The position numbers and the translations under genes were made by a program. Below are positions 54,556 through 64,000 of a DNA stretch of 64,000 bases, piece after piece. The notes beneath the pieces are model-generated. The model was not told the DNA's origin. It ran no database searches and worked only from the letters and a program-made list of their open reading frames with translations. Source of the stretch: Candidatus Latescibacterota bacterium (GTDB taxonomy: Bacteria > Latescibacterota > UBA2968 > UBA8231); the NCBI GenBank assembly GCA_965217585.1, contig OZ244561.1, forward strand, positions 1,952,001 to 2,016,000, read 5' to 3'. Every line of letters begins with the position of its first letter. Position 1 is the stretch's first letter.

Positions 54556-57183
54556 TCAATAGGTGACCGCCACAGTGCGCAGAACGGTCTTGTCCTCGAC
54601 CTGGGCTCCCGCCGTATTGGTACGAATGTCCAAGCGCACGCAGTACAGGCCCGGCGGCACCAAGTCTCCGCCCTCGTCCCGTCCATCCCAGCCAATTTCA
54701 TACGAGCCGGCGCTTAGGGCCCGCCGTTCGCCGAGGACGCGCACCCGGCGGCCATCGAGCTGGTAAACCGCGGCCTCCACCGGACTATCGTCTTCCACCC
54801 TCACTACTTTGAAAAGGAAAAATGTCCGGTCGTTGATTCCGTCCCCATTGGGCGAAAACACCGCGGGGCGCACGGCCACATCCGTGAGCAGAGCTTGGGC
54901 CTCAAAAGAACTAATCACAGTAGTGGTATTGCCGGGGATATGCACCAGCACATCGCCTGGGTCAACCCGCTGCCAAGTACCTCCGTCGGCCGCATCGCTG
55001 TTGCGCAGGGCCACCTGCAAGACGGCACCCGTGGCAAAGAGAGCGGCGGTAAAGTCGAGCCGCAGAATCTCTATCGCGCTGTCGGGTCCAATGCTGGGGA
55101 AGCGCACTAGCAGCGAGTCTGGTGCCGTCGGCACCACTTCTACGTGTTCCAGCGCTGGCACCCCGTCTGCCTCTGCGTTGAACTCATCCGCCCGCCCACC
55201 AAAAACCCCACCTAAGCTCAGCGCCATATTGGCCGGGGCAGTGAGGAGCAACTCGTCAAAGCCGGGATCTAGGCGTTCAAAGTGGGGCTGCACATAGAGC
55301 GAAAAGGGGCGCTCGACGCCGAGCCGGTCCACCCGGAAGGGCGCGATCTCCGCCCGCAAGCTCTGCGCCACGGGGTCGGCGAAATGGAGCCGGATCGAAC
55401 GCAGGGTCGGCGTGAGATCCGGGTCGGCCGACAGCAAGGTCGCCCGAATTGTGAGGAATTCTCGCGGTGACGGCGAGGTAACAGGGCTGCCCTCAGCCCG
55501 GGCATATGGCTCGCTCCAGTCGCCCCAGTCGCCCAGAGGCACTTCCTCGGCGACGATATCGCCCTTGAAGATCGACAGCAGTTTGCCGTACTGCTCTTCG
55601 GTCACTTCCGTGCCATCGTTTTTGAAGTAGTGGAGTACTTGGCCCAACTCGTCGCCGGTGCGAGTTTGGATCAGGACGCGCGTGCCCGGTGGCTCGTCGG
55701 CGTCCCACTCAATGGCGTGCAGATTGCGGCTGCCGCCCAACCGGATCAGGTCGGATTCTAGGCTCACTTCCGGCTGGAAACCCTCCCCGTAGAACTGCAT
55801 CTCCGCCATGGTGGCGATTTGGGTACCGATCCGCTCCATGTTCCACTGAATGCGAGCGAAGCGTGCTTTGATCGGCTCGAATTGGGTGCCTTCAAGGCGG
55901 GCTTTCGGTGCCCTGCCGTAAAAGGTTTGACCCTGGTCCAAGGTGGCCCGGGTGATCCATTTGAGTTTGCCATTAGCGGCTAGGGAGCCGTCGGAAAAGT
56001 CGAGCCGATAGTTGCGAAAAGAGCCGAAACGCCCCCCTCCGAGGCCGCTATAAGCCAGCCGATAGGTATCGATCCAGTAAAAAGCCCCTAGATCAAAGAC
56101 CAACTCCTTTACGGGATCGGGCACCGCGGATTCGACGCCGAAGTAGATGCCGCTGAAACTGTCCAAGTCGCCATCGACCAAACTCTTAAGGGCTAAGGTC
56201 TGCGCGGCCGTAGTGGCAATGGTGCCGCCGCGGTCCAGTAGGCCGGCGACGAGCTCGTCCCCTTCGTTCCACACCTCTAATTCGGCTAGGCGGGGCCGCT
56301 CCCGGCGGAAGTAGCGGATGCGGCCCTGACGCTCCTCGTCGAGGAGCTCGTATACTCTTTGCGCGACGGGCATCTCGCGGCCGTCTAATTGCCGCTTGAG
56401 GTACTGGATGGCTCCCTGATCCGCGGTCAGTGCTTCGTACTCCGCACGGGTGATTTCCATGCCCAACGATCCATCGGTACCCGTCACCATAACCTGTACA
56501 AAGCGCACAGGGGCTGCTTCTATTGTGGGTTCCCGTTTAGTCAAGTCAACTTCAAAGACCCGCTGGCTCTTGTTTCTGCTCAAAGTGCGCAGCACAGTCT
56601 CAAAGGCGCGCGCTCCGCTCCCCTTTACGCGACTCGGTTCACGGCCGTTAGAGACTAGAACATCAAAGAGGAGAAAGGGGTCGCCTAGGCCCTCCTCGAC
56701 AAAGCGCACGACGAGTTTCTTGGCGAAGACTAAGCGGCCTAGATCGACGATAAACCACCACTGCAAGGCCAGATCGACCTCGTCGCTGGGGGGGGCAGGT
56801 TCCCAATAGGTGGTCATATCGCCGTCGAAGACCTTGGCCACATCGGCGACATTAGAGCGACCCTCAATAGCGTCGGCCAAGGTGATTGTCTCGGGATCCT
56901 TGTCGCCTAGTGAGGCGGGAGGATTGAAGCGCAGGTAGTCGACGATATCTAAGGCCGCATTGGTATTTTTCTCAATGCGCCGAGCCTGTACCACTCCCTC
57001 GGGAGAAATGACCAGGGTTCCGGGGGGAAAGGTCCAGTTTTGCCAGTGGTTGCGGCTATTTACGACGACCTGATTGTCTCTGATCCGGTGGCCGGCGTTC
57101 TGGGTCCAGACCGCTTGGATATCGGTCAGTACTAGGACTAACCCGATGGGGCTTGCGAATAGGAGGCGTCCAAATCCCGTCAT
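54556..57183 (-). CDS. Large secreted protein with discoidin-like modules and C-terminal FlgD-Ig domain, paralog A
   Basis: Signal-like N-terminus, FDGDMTTYW, VDLG, FSPNGDGIND and WDGRDEGGDLVPPGLY. Confidence 0.85.
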   Translation of the reverse strand: MTGFGRLLFASPIGLVLVLTDIQAVWTQNAGHRIRDNQVVVNSRNHWQNWTFPPGTLVISPEGVVQARRIEKNTNAALDIVDYLRFNPPASLGDKDPETITLADAIEGRSNVADVAKVFDGDMTTYWEPAPPSDEVDLALQWWFIVDLGRLVFAKKLVVRFVEEGLGDPFLLFDVLVSNGREPSRVKGSGARAFETVLRTLSRNKSQRVFEVDLTKREPTIEAAPVRFVQVMVTGTDGSLGMEITRAEYEALTADQGAIQYLKRQLDGREMPVAQRVYELLDEERQGRIRYFRRERPRLAELEVWNEGDELVAGLLDRGGTIATTAAQTLALKSLVDGDLDSFSGIYFGVESAVPDPVKELVFDLGAFYWIDTYRLAYSGLGGGRFGSFRNYRLDFSDGSLAANGKLKWITRATLDQGQTFYGRAPKARLEGTQFEPIKARFARIQWNMERIGTQIATMAEMQFYGEGFQPEVSLESDLIRLGGSRNLHAIEWDADEPPGTRVLIQTRTGDELGQVLHYFKNDGTEVTEEQYGKLLSIFKGDIVAEEVPLGDWGDWSEPYARAEGSPVTSPSPREFLTIRATLLSADPDLTPTLRSIRLHFADPVAQSLRAEIAPFRVDRLGVERPFSLYVQPHFERLDPGFDELLLTAPANMALSLGGVFGGRADEFNAEADGVPALEHVEVVPTAPDSLLVRFPSIGPDSAIEILRLDFTAALFATGAVLQVALRNSDAADGGTWQRVDPGDVLVHIPGNTTTVISSFEAQALLTDVAVRPAVFSPNGDGINDRTFFLFKVVRVEDDSPVEAAVYQLDGRRVRVLGERRALSAGSYEIGWDGRDEGGDLVPPGLYCVRLDIRTNTAGAQVEDKTVLRTVAVTY

Positions 57184-57353
57184 ATGGATGCCTTTTGCAA
57201 AAGGGAATTATATGATAGGGGACAAAAAGAGACTGTCAACTTCTAGAAATTAGGTGATAATTAAACCAATAATTATCAACCCTTGGTCACTTTTCTCTGA
57301 GTTGAAGACTCGATTAGCACGGCGAGGTTTTATAGGCGATGAACACGGCCCCG

Positions 57354-59996
57354 TCAATAGGTGACCGCCACAGTGCGCAGAACGGTCTTGTCCTCGACCT
57401 GGGCTCCCGCCGTATTGGTGCGAATGTCCAAGCGCACGCAGTACAGGCCCGGAGGCACCAAGTCTCCGCCCTCGTCCCGTCCATCCCAGCCAATTTCATA
57501 CGAGCCGGCGCTCAGGGCCCGCCGTTCACCGAGGACGCGCACCCGGCGGCCATCGAGCTGGTAAACCGCGGCCTCTACCGGACTATCGTCTTCCACCCTC
57601 ACTACTTTGAAAAGGAAAAAAGTCCGGTCGTTGATCCCGTCCCCATTGGGCGAAAACACCGCGGGGCGCACGGCCACATCCGTGAGCAGGGCTTGGGCCT
57701 CAAAGGAACTAACCACAGTAGTGGTATTGCCGGGGATATGCGCCAGCACATCGCCTGGGTCAACCCGCTGCCAAGTACCTCCGTCGGCCGCATCGCTGTT
57801 GCGCAGGGCCACCTGCAAGACGGCACCCGTGGCAAAAAGGGCGGCGGTAAAATCGAGCCGCAGAATCTCCATCGCGCTGTCGGGTCCAATGCTGGGGAAG
57901 CGCACGAGCAGCGAGTCCGGTGCCGTCGGCACCACCTCCACGTGTTCCAGCGCTGGCACCCCGTCTGCCTCTGCGTTGAACTCATCCGCCCGCCCGCCAA
58001 AAACCCCGCCTAGGCTCAGCGCCATATTGGCCGGGGCGGTGAGGAGCAACTCGTCAAAGCCGGGGTCTAGGCGTTCAAAGTGGGGCTGCACATAGAACGA
58101 AAAGGGGCGCTCGACGCCGAGTCGGTCCACCTGAAAGGGCGCGATCTCCCCCCGCAAACTCTGCGCCACGGGGTCGGAAAAGTAGAGCCGGATCGAGCGC
58201 AGTGTCGGACTGAGACCCGGGTCGGCCGACAGCAAAGTCGCCCGGACCTTGAGGAATCTCCGTGGCGACGGCGAGGTAATAGGGCTACCCTCGGCCCGGG
58301 CATATGACTCGCTCCAATCGCTCCAGTCGCCTTTGGGCACTTCCTCGGCGACGATATCGCCCTTAAAGATCGACAGCAGCTTGCCGTACTGCTCCTCGGT
58401 CACTTCCGTGCCGTCGTTTTTGAAGTAGTGGAGTTTTTGACCCAACTCGTCGCCGGTGCGAGTCTGGATCAGGATTCGCGTGCCCGGTGGCTCGTCGGCG
58501 TCCCACTCAATGGCGTGCAGGTTGCGGCTGCCGCCCAGCCGGATCAGGTCGGATTCTAGGCTCACTTCCGGCTGGAAACCCGCTCCGTAGAACTGCATCT
58601 CCGCCATCGTAGCAAGCCGAATCCCGATGGGCTCTACGGTCCATTGAATGCGACCGAAGCGCGCTTTGATCGGCTCGAACTGCGCACTTTCAAATCGAAT
58701 TTTGAACGCTCTCAAGGCGTCCCTCGACAAGCCTCGGGGGGCCGTGCCTTTCTTGGTCGCTTTGGTGGTCCACTCGAGGCTGCCGTCGGGGGCCGGCGAG
58801 CCGTCCGAAAAATCCATCCGATATCTGGGAAAGGCTCCAAAACGGGCATCGCAGAATCCGCAATAGGCCAGCAGATAGGTATCGATCCAGTAAAAAGCAC
58901 CCAGATCGAAGACCAGTTCCTTTTCAGGATCGGCTACGGCGGCCGCGGCCCCGTAAAAAATGCCGGCAAAACTCTGCAGGTCGCCATCGATAAAACTTCG
59001 CAAGGGCAGGGTTTGGGTCGCCGAAGTGGAGATTGCGCCGCCGCGGTCCAAGATGCCGGCGACGAGTTCATCGCCCTTGTTCCACACCTCCAATTCGGCT
59101 AGGCGGGGCCGCTCCCGGCGGAAGTAGCGGATGCGGCCCCGGCGCTCCTCGTCGAGGAGCTCGTACACCTTTTGCGCGACGGGCACCTCGCGGCCGTCCA
59201 ACTGCCGCTTGAGGTACTGCACGGCACCCCGACCCTCGGCCAGTGCTTCGTACTCCGCGCGGGTGATTTCCGCGCCCAGCGGTCCATCAGTGTCCGTCAC
59301 CAGAAGCTGCACAAAGCGCACGGGTGACCCCTCTGGCGCGGAGGCTTGCCGGATCAGGTCAACTTCAAAGACCCGCTGGCTCTTGTTTCTGCTCAAAGTG
59401 CGCAGGACAACCTCATAGGCGCGACTTCCGCTCCCCTGCAAGCGTGCGGGCTTGAGGCCATCGGAGAAGAGGACTTCAAAGAGGAGAAAAGGATCGCCCA
59501 AGCCCTCCTCGACAAAGCGCACGACTAGTTTATTGGCGAAGACCAAGCGGCCCAGATCGACGACAAACCACCACTGCGAGGCCAGATCGATCTCATCGCT
59601 GGGGGGGGCAGGTTCCCAATAGGTCGTCATATCGCCATCGAATACCTTGGCTACGTCGGCGACATTAGAGCCGCCCCCAATAGCGTCGGCCAAGGCGATT
59701 GTCTCGGGAGCCTTGTCGCCTAGCGAGGCGGGGGGATTGAAGCGCAGGTAATCGACGATATCTAAGGCCGCATTGGTATTTTTCTCAATGCGCCGAGTCT
59801 GCACCGCGCCCTCGGGAGAAATAGCTAGGGTTCTGTGGGGAAAGGTCCAGTTTTGCCAGTGGTTGCGACTGTTTATGACGACCTGATTGTCTCTGACTCG
59901 GTGGCCGGCGTTTTGGGCCCAGACCTCTTGGATATCGGTCAGTACTAGGACTAACCCGATGGGGCTTGCGGACAGGAGGCGTCCAAATCCCGTCAT
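57354..59996 (-). CDS. Large secreted FlgD-Ig domain protein, paralog B
   Basis: Tandem paralog of 54556-57183 with the same motifs. Confidence 0.85.
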   Translation of the reverse strand: MTGFGRLLSASPIGLVLVLTDIQEVWAQNAGHRVRDNQVVINSRNHWQNWTFPHRTLAISPEGAVQTRRIEKNTNAALDIVDYLRFNPPASLGDKAPETIALADAIGGGSNVADVAKVFDGDMTTYWEPAPPSDEIDLASQWWFVVDLGRLVFANKLVVRFVEEGLGDPFLLFEVLFSDGLKPARLQGSGSRAYEVVLRTLSRNKSQRVFEVDLIRQASAPEGSPVRFVQLLVTDTDGPLGAEITRAEYEALAEGRGAVQYLKRQLDGREVPVAQKVYELLDEERRGRIRYFRRERPRLAELEVWNKGDELVAGILDRGGAISTSATQTLPLRSFIDGDLQSFAGIFYGAAAAVADPEKELVFDLGAFYWIDTYLLAYCGFCDARFGAFPRYRMDFSDGSPAPDGSLEWTTKATKKGTAPRGLSRDALRAFKIRFESAQFEPIKARFGRIQWTVEPIGIRLATMAEMQFYGAGFQPEVSLESDLIRLGGSRNLHAIEWDADEPPGTRILIQTRTGDELGQKLHYFKNDGTEVTEEQYGKLLSIFKGDIVAEEVPKGDWSDWSESYARAEGSPITSPSPRRFLKVRATLLSADPGLSPTLRSIRLYFSDPVAQSLRGEIAPFQVDRLGVERPFSFYVQPHFERLDPGFDELLLTAPANMALSLGGVFGGRADEFNAEADGVPALEHVEVVPTAPDSLLVRFPSIGPDSAMEILRLDFTAALFATGAVLQVALRNSDAADGGTWQRVDPGDVLAHIPGNTTTVVSSFEAQALLTDVAVRPAVFSPNGDGINDRTFFLFKVVRVEDDSPVEAAVYQLDGRRVRVLGERRALSAGSYEIGWDGRDEGGDLVPPGLYCVRLDIRTNTAGAQVEDKTVLRTVAVTY

Positions 59997-60017
59997 GTGG
60001 ATGCCTTGTGCAAAATG

Positions 60018-61955
60018 CTAGTAAACCAACGAAACGATCCGGCTGACGCGGTCCCTTCCCTCATCGGTCTCCACCGCTAAGCGCAGCAGGTAAATCCCCG
60101 GCGGCAACAGCAAGCCGCTGTCGTCGCGGCCGTCCCAAGCCACCGCAAAGCGGCCACTCGAGTGAGCAATCCGGTCGATGGTCCACAGTTTGCGACCGCT
60201 CAGATCGCACAAGTCAATATCCACGCGCGCCGCGCCGGCCAGATTCAGCAAGTCGTATTCGAGGCGCACCTCGTCGTTGACCCCGTCGCTGTTGGGCGTG
60301 CAAATCGGCGAGACCAATTCCATTCGACCGATGGACTCAATGCCGACATCCGCTAGGACCACCTGCAACGTCGCGCTGTCATTTTGCACATCCACGTCCC
60401 CTGAGACCACCGCTTGGGCTACCTCGTAGGGCTGAGTACTGTCGAAAACCCGCCCCGCGAAAACGGTGCCGTACTGGAACACCTGAGCCTTGAAGTCGAT
60501 TTCGATAAGGTCTAAGGTCCGCCGCACGTCGATGCGGGGAATCTGCACGGCAAAGCCCGACTGATCCAGCCTAGCCACGGTAAAGGCCTCGTCGCGCCCG
60601 TCAATGCGCACGGCATCGACGCTCACGGCGCGCCTAGGCGTGTCGATTTCCACTCGGTCGAATCCCGCTTCATCGCCGGTGAAATGAGGCAGGAGCTTGT
60701 AGGTGAAAGACACGGTTTGGCCGGGACGGACCTGTGCCGGCTCGATCTCCGCAGCAATGTGCGCCGCCCGGGGCGGGGAAGCGGCGAATTGTAGAAATTT
60801 TAGGCGACCACCAGCCTCGGGCCGCGAGTGAAAATCGGCCCGCACCTGAGCAAAGCGCCGCGGCCGGTCCCCAATCGGGTTCCCGGTCCCAGCAGCCAAG
60901 GCGATGGGGGCACTCCAATCGCTCCAGTTGCGGGTATCGTAGGTCGTGCCAGCGCGTTCCCCCAATTGCAGGGCCGCGTACGTCTCCCGCGTCAGGAGCT
61001 TGCCTTGGCGATCAAAAAGAGTCTTCTCGTCGCCGCGAAACGTGGCACGCCAGTACAAGTTGGGGTCGGGGTCGTCTCCCAGCCGAGTCCGCACTTCAAT
61101 GCTCGTTCCCAGAGGCTGGTCGCCGGCCCAGACCAAGGGACCTAGGATGAGGGACTGGCCTAGATCTATAATAGTGGATTCGTAGCGGGCAAAGGCGCTG
61201 AAGCCGGTCCCGTAAATTTCGATTTCGGCGATCTCCCAGATACTGCGGATATTGCGGCGTACCGCAAAAAAGAGCTGGCGCACCGATTGTTGGGGAAATT
61301 CCAGTTCGACCACGGCGTTTGTGTTTTCGCGGACGTTGTGAATCTGGTCGAAGTCCAATTCCTCGGTAACCTTGAGATCCCGCGTCCCGTCCTTGGAGGG
61401 ATCGCCGTCGCTGACGCCGACGATGAAACTTTCCGCAAAGCGCTCAAAGCGGAAGCGGTCCCTAGGATAGAATCGAATCTTCTGGAGGGTGAAGCGTCCC
61501 CCCAGATCGAAAATCCAGTACTTGAAGGGCCCGGCCCCCCTATTTTCCCGGCGGTTGAAGATCCCCCCCCACGCGACCGACTCGTTCCCCAAGTAAGCAG
61601 TCTCAATGTCGCCATCCCAAGAAGCCAACTCGCTCTCGCCGGGTGTAATCAAGCCATCGTAGCCGCCGGTGGTGAGGATCAAACCGCCGTTTTCGACAAT
61701 GGACGGGATGAGATTGACAGAGCCATCCAGTTGTTTAGGCTCGATATATTCCGCCTGTAATTGCAAGGATTGGGTCTGGTCGCTTGCGGTCGCGACAATC
61801 GCACTCCAAGGCACGTGCCTGAATTCATAAGGCACCTCCAGCGTGGGCGGCGGTTGATCATCCCCACCAATGCGGTAAATGGTCAGCCCCTGCACGTGCA
61901 GGGGCGGGCAGAGACCGAGCAGGAGCAACAGAGGATACGATCTCGCCATTTTCAT
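60018..61955 (-). CDS. Secreted FlgD-Ig domain protein (shorter family member)
   Basis: Signal peptide, WDGDIETAY, FDLG, TPNSDGVND and WDGRDDSGLLLPPGIY. Confidence 0.82.
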   Translation of the reverse strand: MKMARSYPLLLLLGLCPPLHVQGLTIYRIGGDDQPPPTLEVPYEFRHVPWSAIVATASDQTQSLQLQAEYIEPKQLDGSVNLIPSIVENGGLILTTGGYDGLITPGESELASWDGDIETAYLGNESVAWGGIFNRRENRGAGPFKYWIFDLGGRFTLQKIRFYPRDRFRFERFAESFIVGVSDGDPSKDGTRDLKVTEELDFDQIHNVRENTNAVVELEFPQQSVRQLFFAVRRNIRSIWEIAEIEIYGTGFSAFARYESTIIDLGQSLILGPLVWAGDQPLGTSIEVRTRLGDDPDPNLYWRATFRGDEKTLFDRQGKLLTRETYAALQLGERAGTTYDTRNWSDWSAPIALAAGTGNPIGDRPRRFAQVRADFHSRPEAGGRLKFLQFAASPPRAAHIAAEIEPAQVRPGQTVSFTYKLLPHFTGDEAGFDRVEIDTPRRAVSVDAVRIDGRDEAFTVARLDQSGFAVQIPRIDVRRTLDLIEIDFKAQVFQYGTVFAGRVFDSTQPYEVAQAVVSGDVDVQNDSATLQVVLADVGIESIGRMELVSPICTPNSDGVNDEVRLEYDLLNLAGAARVDIDLCDLSGRKLWTIDRIAHSSGRFAVAWDGRDDSGLLLPPGIYLLRLAVETDEGRDRVSRIVSLVY

Positions 61956-62036
61956 TTTTTGCCCTACTGGATAATACCTCCGCCTAGGCGCAGGTCACCG
62001 TCGTAGAATACCGCCTTGGCGATTCTGGGATTCCTC

Positions 62037-62876
62037 TCAGGCCAAGACCGTCAAACGGGCGGGATTGGCGGGATTGACGGCCCATAGTTCCGCTGGATCG
62101 TAAACGCGCACGGCCTGTGGGGGATGCGCTGGTAGAGACCATTCTGGGTTGAAGCGCTCAATCAGCGCGGCGAGGTTTTTGTAGGCGATGTGGTCCTTGA
62201 GATCGTCGTCAATGGGGGCTTCCTCAATGACCTTCTGCAATATCCTGTAATCGTAATAGGGCAAGTCAGCACCAAAGATCAGCCGCTCGCGGCCCACCTT
62301 GTCGGCCAACCACGCGAAATCCCACTCAGAGCCTGGCCCATCCGGGTACTGGACGACCTCGAAAAACACATTATCGTACCGAGCCAGATGCTCGGCGGCC
62401 CAAGTGCTGGCATGGGCAATGAACGTACAGTGAGGAAACATTGCGGCGATGCGGTCCATGAGCGGGCTGTGCAGATGTAGGTTGACCAAGCCCTCGCGAG
62501 CGGCCGCGGCCTCGACAAAGGGAATGCACCACTCGGCAATGGGCGGATGGCCGACAATGCCGACCAAACCCAACTCGCTCATGGCCCGTTCGGCCTCTTC
62601 AATACCCAGCTTGCCAAAGCGCGCCTCAATCAAGGCCAAGCCAATGGGAAAGACGCCGGGAAAATCGCGGCAGGCGCGGACGATGACCTCGTTCTGGTGG
62701 CGGATATCCAAGATGCCGCGGGCGATGGGGCTGCCGACGGCGGTGGGCATGGAGATGGCGGCGTGGATGTGGGTCTCGGCGAAGCGCGTGAGGCACATGG
62801 CGGTGTTTTGCCCAACCGGCGGCACGCGGTCAATGGTGCGGCCGATGTGGTTGTGGCAGTCGATATAGGGACGCAT
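62037..62876 (-). CDS. Amidohydrolase family protein
   Basis: IDCHNH, AH and GRERLIFGADLP. Confidence 0.85.
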   Translation of the reverse strand: MRPYIDCHNHIGRTIDRVPPVGQNTAMCLTRFAETHIHAAISMPTAVGSPIARGILDIRHQNEVIVRACRDFPGVFPIGLALIEARFGKLGIEEAERAMSELGLVGIVGHPPIAEWCIPFVEAAAAREGLVNLHLHSPLMDRIAAMFPHCTFIAHASTWAAEHLARYDNVFFEVVQYPDGPGSEWDFAWLADKVGRERLIFGADLPYYDYRILQKVIEEAPIDDDLKDHIAYKNLAALIERFNPEWSLPAHPPQAVRVYDPAELWAVNPANPARLTVLA

Positions 62877-63923
62877 TCAAAGCTCCGTCAGGTCGATGGC
62901 GCGGCGCGCTTGGGTGGCGCGGCGCGCCGCCTCGATGATGCTGAGGGTGTGATAGGCTCCCGCGCCGGTGATCGGCGGAGAATCCCCTGCGGCTAGGGCG
63001 GTGAACGTGGCGGTGAGATAGCCGGCGTGGCCGGTGCTATTGCGCTCCGTGACGTCGAGAGGAATCTCGGACCAAGTGCTCGTCTCCCGCGAGAAGCGAT
63101 GCAGCGCCCGGCCGCGACCGACGACGCGCAAGCAGTCGCCGCGAGTGTGTACTTCGCAGAGCCCGCCTAGCTCGCCAGCCCCCGCGCCGACCATGCCCCA
63201 CGAGGTCGAGACCGTGGAGACAGCTCCGTTTTCGTGTTCGAGGAGCAAGAGCGCCACATCGTCGACGTCGATGTCGAAAAAGTGGGTCTGTACTCGCGCC
63301 TCGACGTAGCGCACCGGCGAGCACATCAAGGTTTCGAGCGAATAGATTTCGTGATAGGCCGTATCGCCGATGCAGCCGCCGCCCGCCGCTTTGGAGGCCC
63401 GCCAGATCCGGGCCGGGCTGGCGCGGTGATGGGCCTCGGTCATGGGAAAGAGCGATTTGGCGCGGCCGACTTGCGGTCTGGGCAGCTCGCCCTCGTGCAA
63501 GAGCGCGATGGCGCGGAGGGTACCTGGGGTAAAGACGGCGTTGTGGACGACTGTATAAATGACACCGTGGCGCGCGACCGCATCTCGCACGGCCGAGGCG
63601 TCCTCCAGCGAGGTAGCCATCGGCTTTTCGCTGATGACGGCACAGCCAGCCTCGGCGGCGACAATGACTTGCTCGGCGTGCAGGTGGTGCGGCGTGGCGA
63701 TGATGACGGCGTCAAGGGCGGCTTGATCCAGCATGTCGCGGTAGTCGGCGTAGCGTTGGGCGGGCGGGACGCCGGTCGTCGCACCGACTTTGGCTAGGTT
63801 GTCGTCGGCCAGATCAGCCAGCGCGGCAACGCGCACCGTATCGAGCGCGCACAACGTCGGCAAGTGCTGCAGCTGGACGATGCCGCCGCAGCCGATTAGT
63901 CCGAGGCGAATGGGGGTTTGCAT
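62877..63923 (-). CDS. Gfo/Idh/MocA oxidoreductase
   Basis: LGLIGCGGI, IATPHHLH, SEKPMA and GGGCIGDTAYH; ATG at 63923. Confidence 0.92.
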   Translation of the reverse strand: MQTPIRLGLIGCGGIVQLQHLPTLCALDTVRVAALADLADDNLAKVGATTGVPPAQRYADYRDMLDQAALDAVIIATPHHLHAEQVIVAAEAGCAVISEKPMATSLEDASAVRDAVARHGVIYTVVHNAVFTPGTLRAIALLHEGELPRPQVGRAKSLFPMTEAHHRASPARIWRASKAAGGGCIGDTAYHEIYSLETLMCSPVRYVEARVQTHFFDIDVDDVALLLLEHENGAVSTVSTSWGMVGAGAGELGGLCEVHTRGDCLRVVGRGRALHRFSRETSTWSEIPLDVTERNSTGHAGYLTATFTALAAGDSPPITGAGAYHTLSIIEAARRATQARRAIDLTEL

Positions 63924-63930
63924 AGGCTTA

Positions 63931-63960
63931 GGTAGGGGCACCCGGCCGGTCGCCCCTACC
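63931..63960. repeat. GTAG-family REP-like palindrome
   Basis: GGTAGGGGCACCCGGCCGGTCGCCCCTACC; homologous to 1043-1072. Confidence 0.8.
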
Positions 63961-64000
63961 TTCTTAATACGGCGTATGCTTGGTAGTAACGGGGCACCAG

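Overview
GC-rich bacterial chromosome segment. The background is carbohydrate and oxidative metabolism genes (PhyH dioxygenases, enolase-superfamily dehydratases, Gfo/Idh/MocA, aldo-keto reductases, amidohydrolases) plus three large secreted FlgD-Ig-tailed proteins; this mix suggests a Latescibacterota/Poribacteria-like organism (inference only). The main feature is a ~17 kb type III-D (III-Dv-like) CRISPR-Cas locus at 8104-25170, flanked by two paralogous AAA-ATPase/PD-(D/E)XK genes. Gene order: cas6, a CARF(NE0113/Crn1-like)-sigma54 AAA+ activator-Fis HTH fusion, an intergenic region with three copies of a 14-bp dyad and a consensus sigma54 -24/-12 promoter, then DUF1232, EcsC, cold-shock-domain/cas7-insertion, a CARF nuclease, HD-less cas10, cas7-cas5-cas11, a frameshifted cas7-cas7, csx19, cas1, cas2 and a 14-repeat array. 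The best candidate for an undescribed system is a cyclic-oligoadenylate-sensing sigma54 enhancer-binding protein that drives its own cas operon. Also notable: a second leader with a decayed repeat overlapping an RBS, phage endolysin debris beside the array, and several short duplicated gene-end scars around inserted genes. All protein calls come from motifs read by eye; no database search was run.
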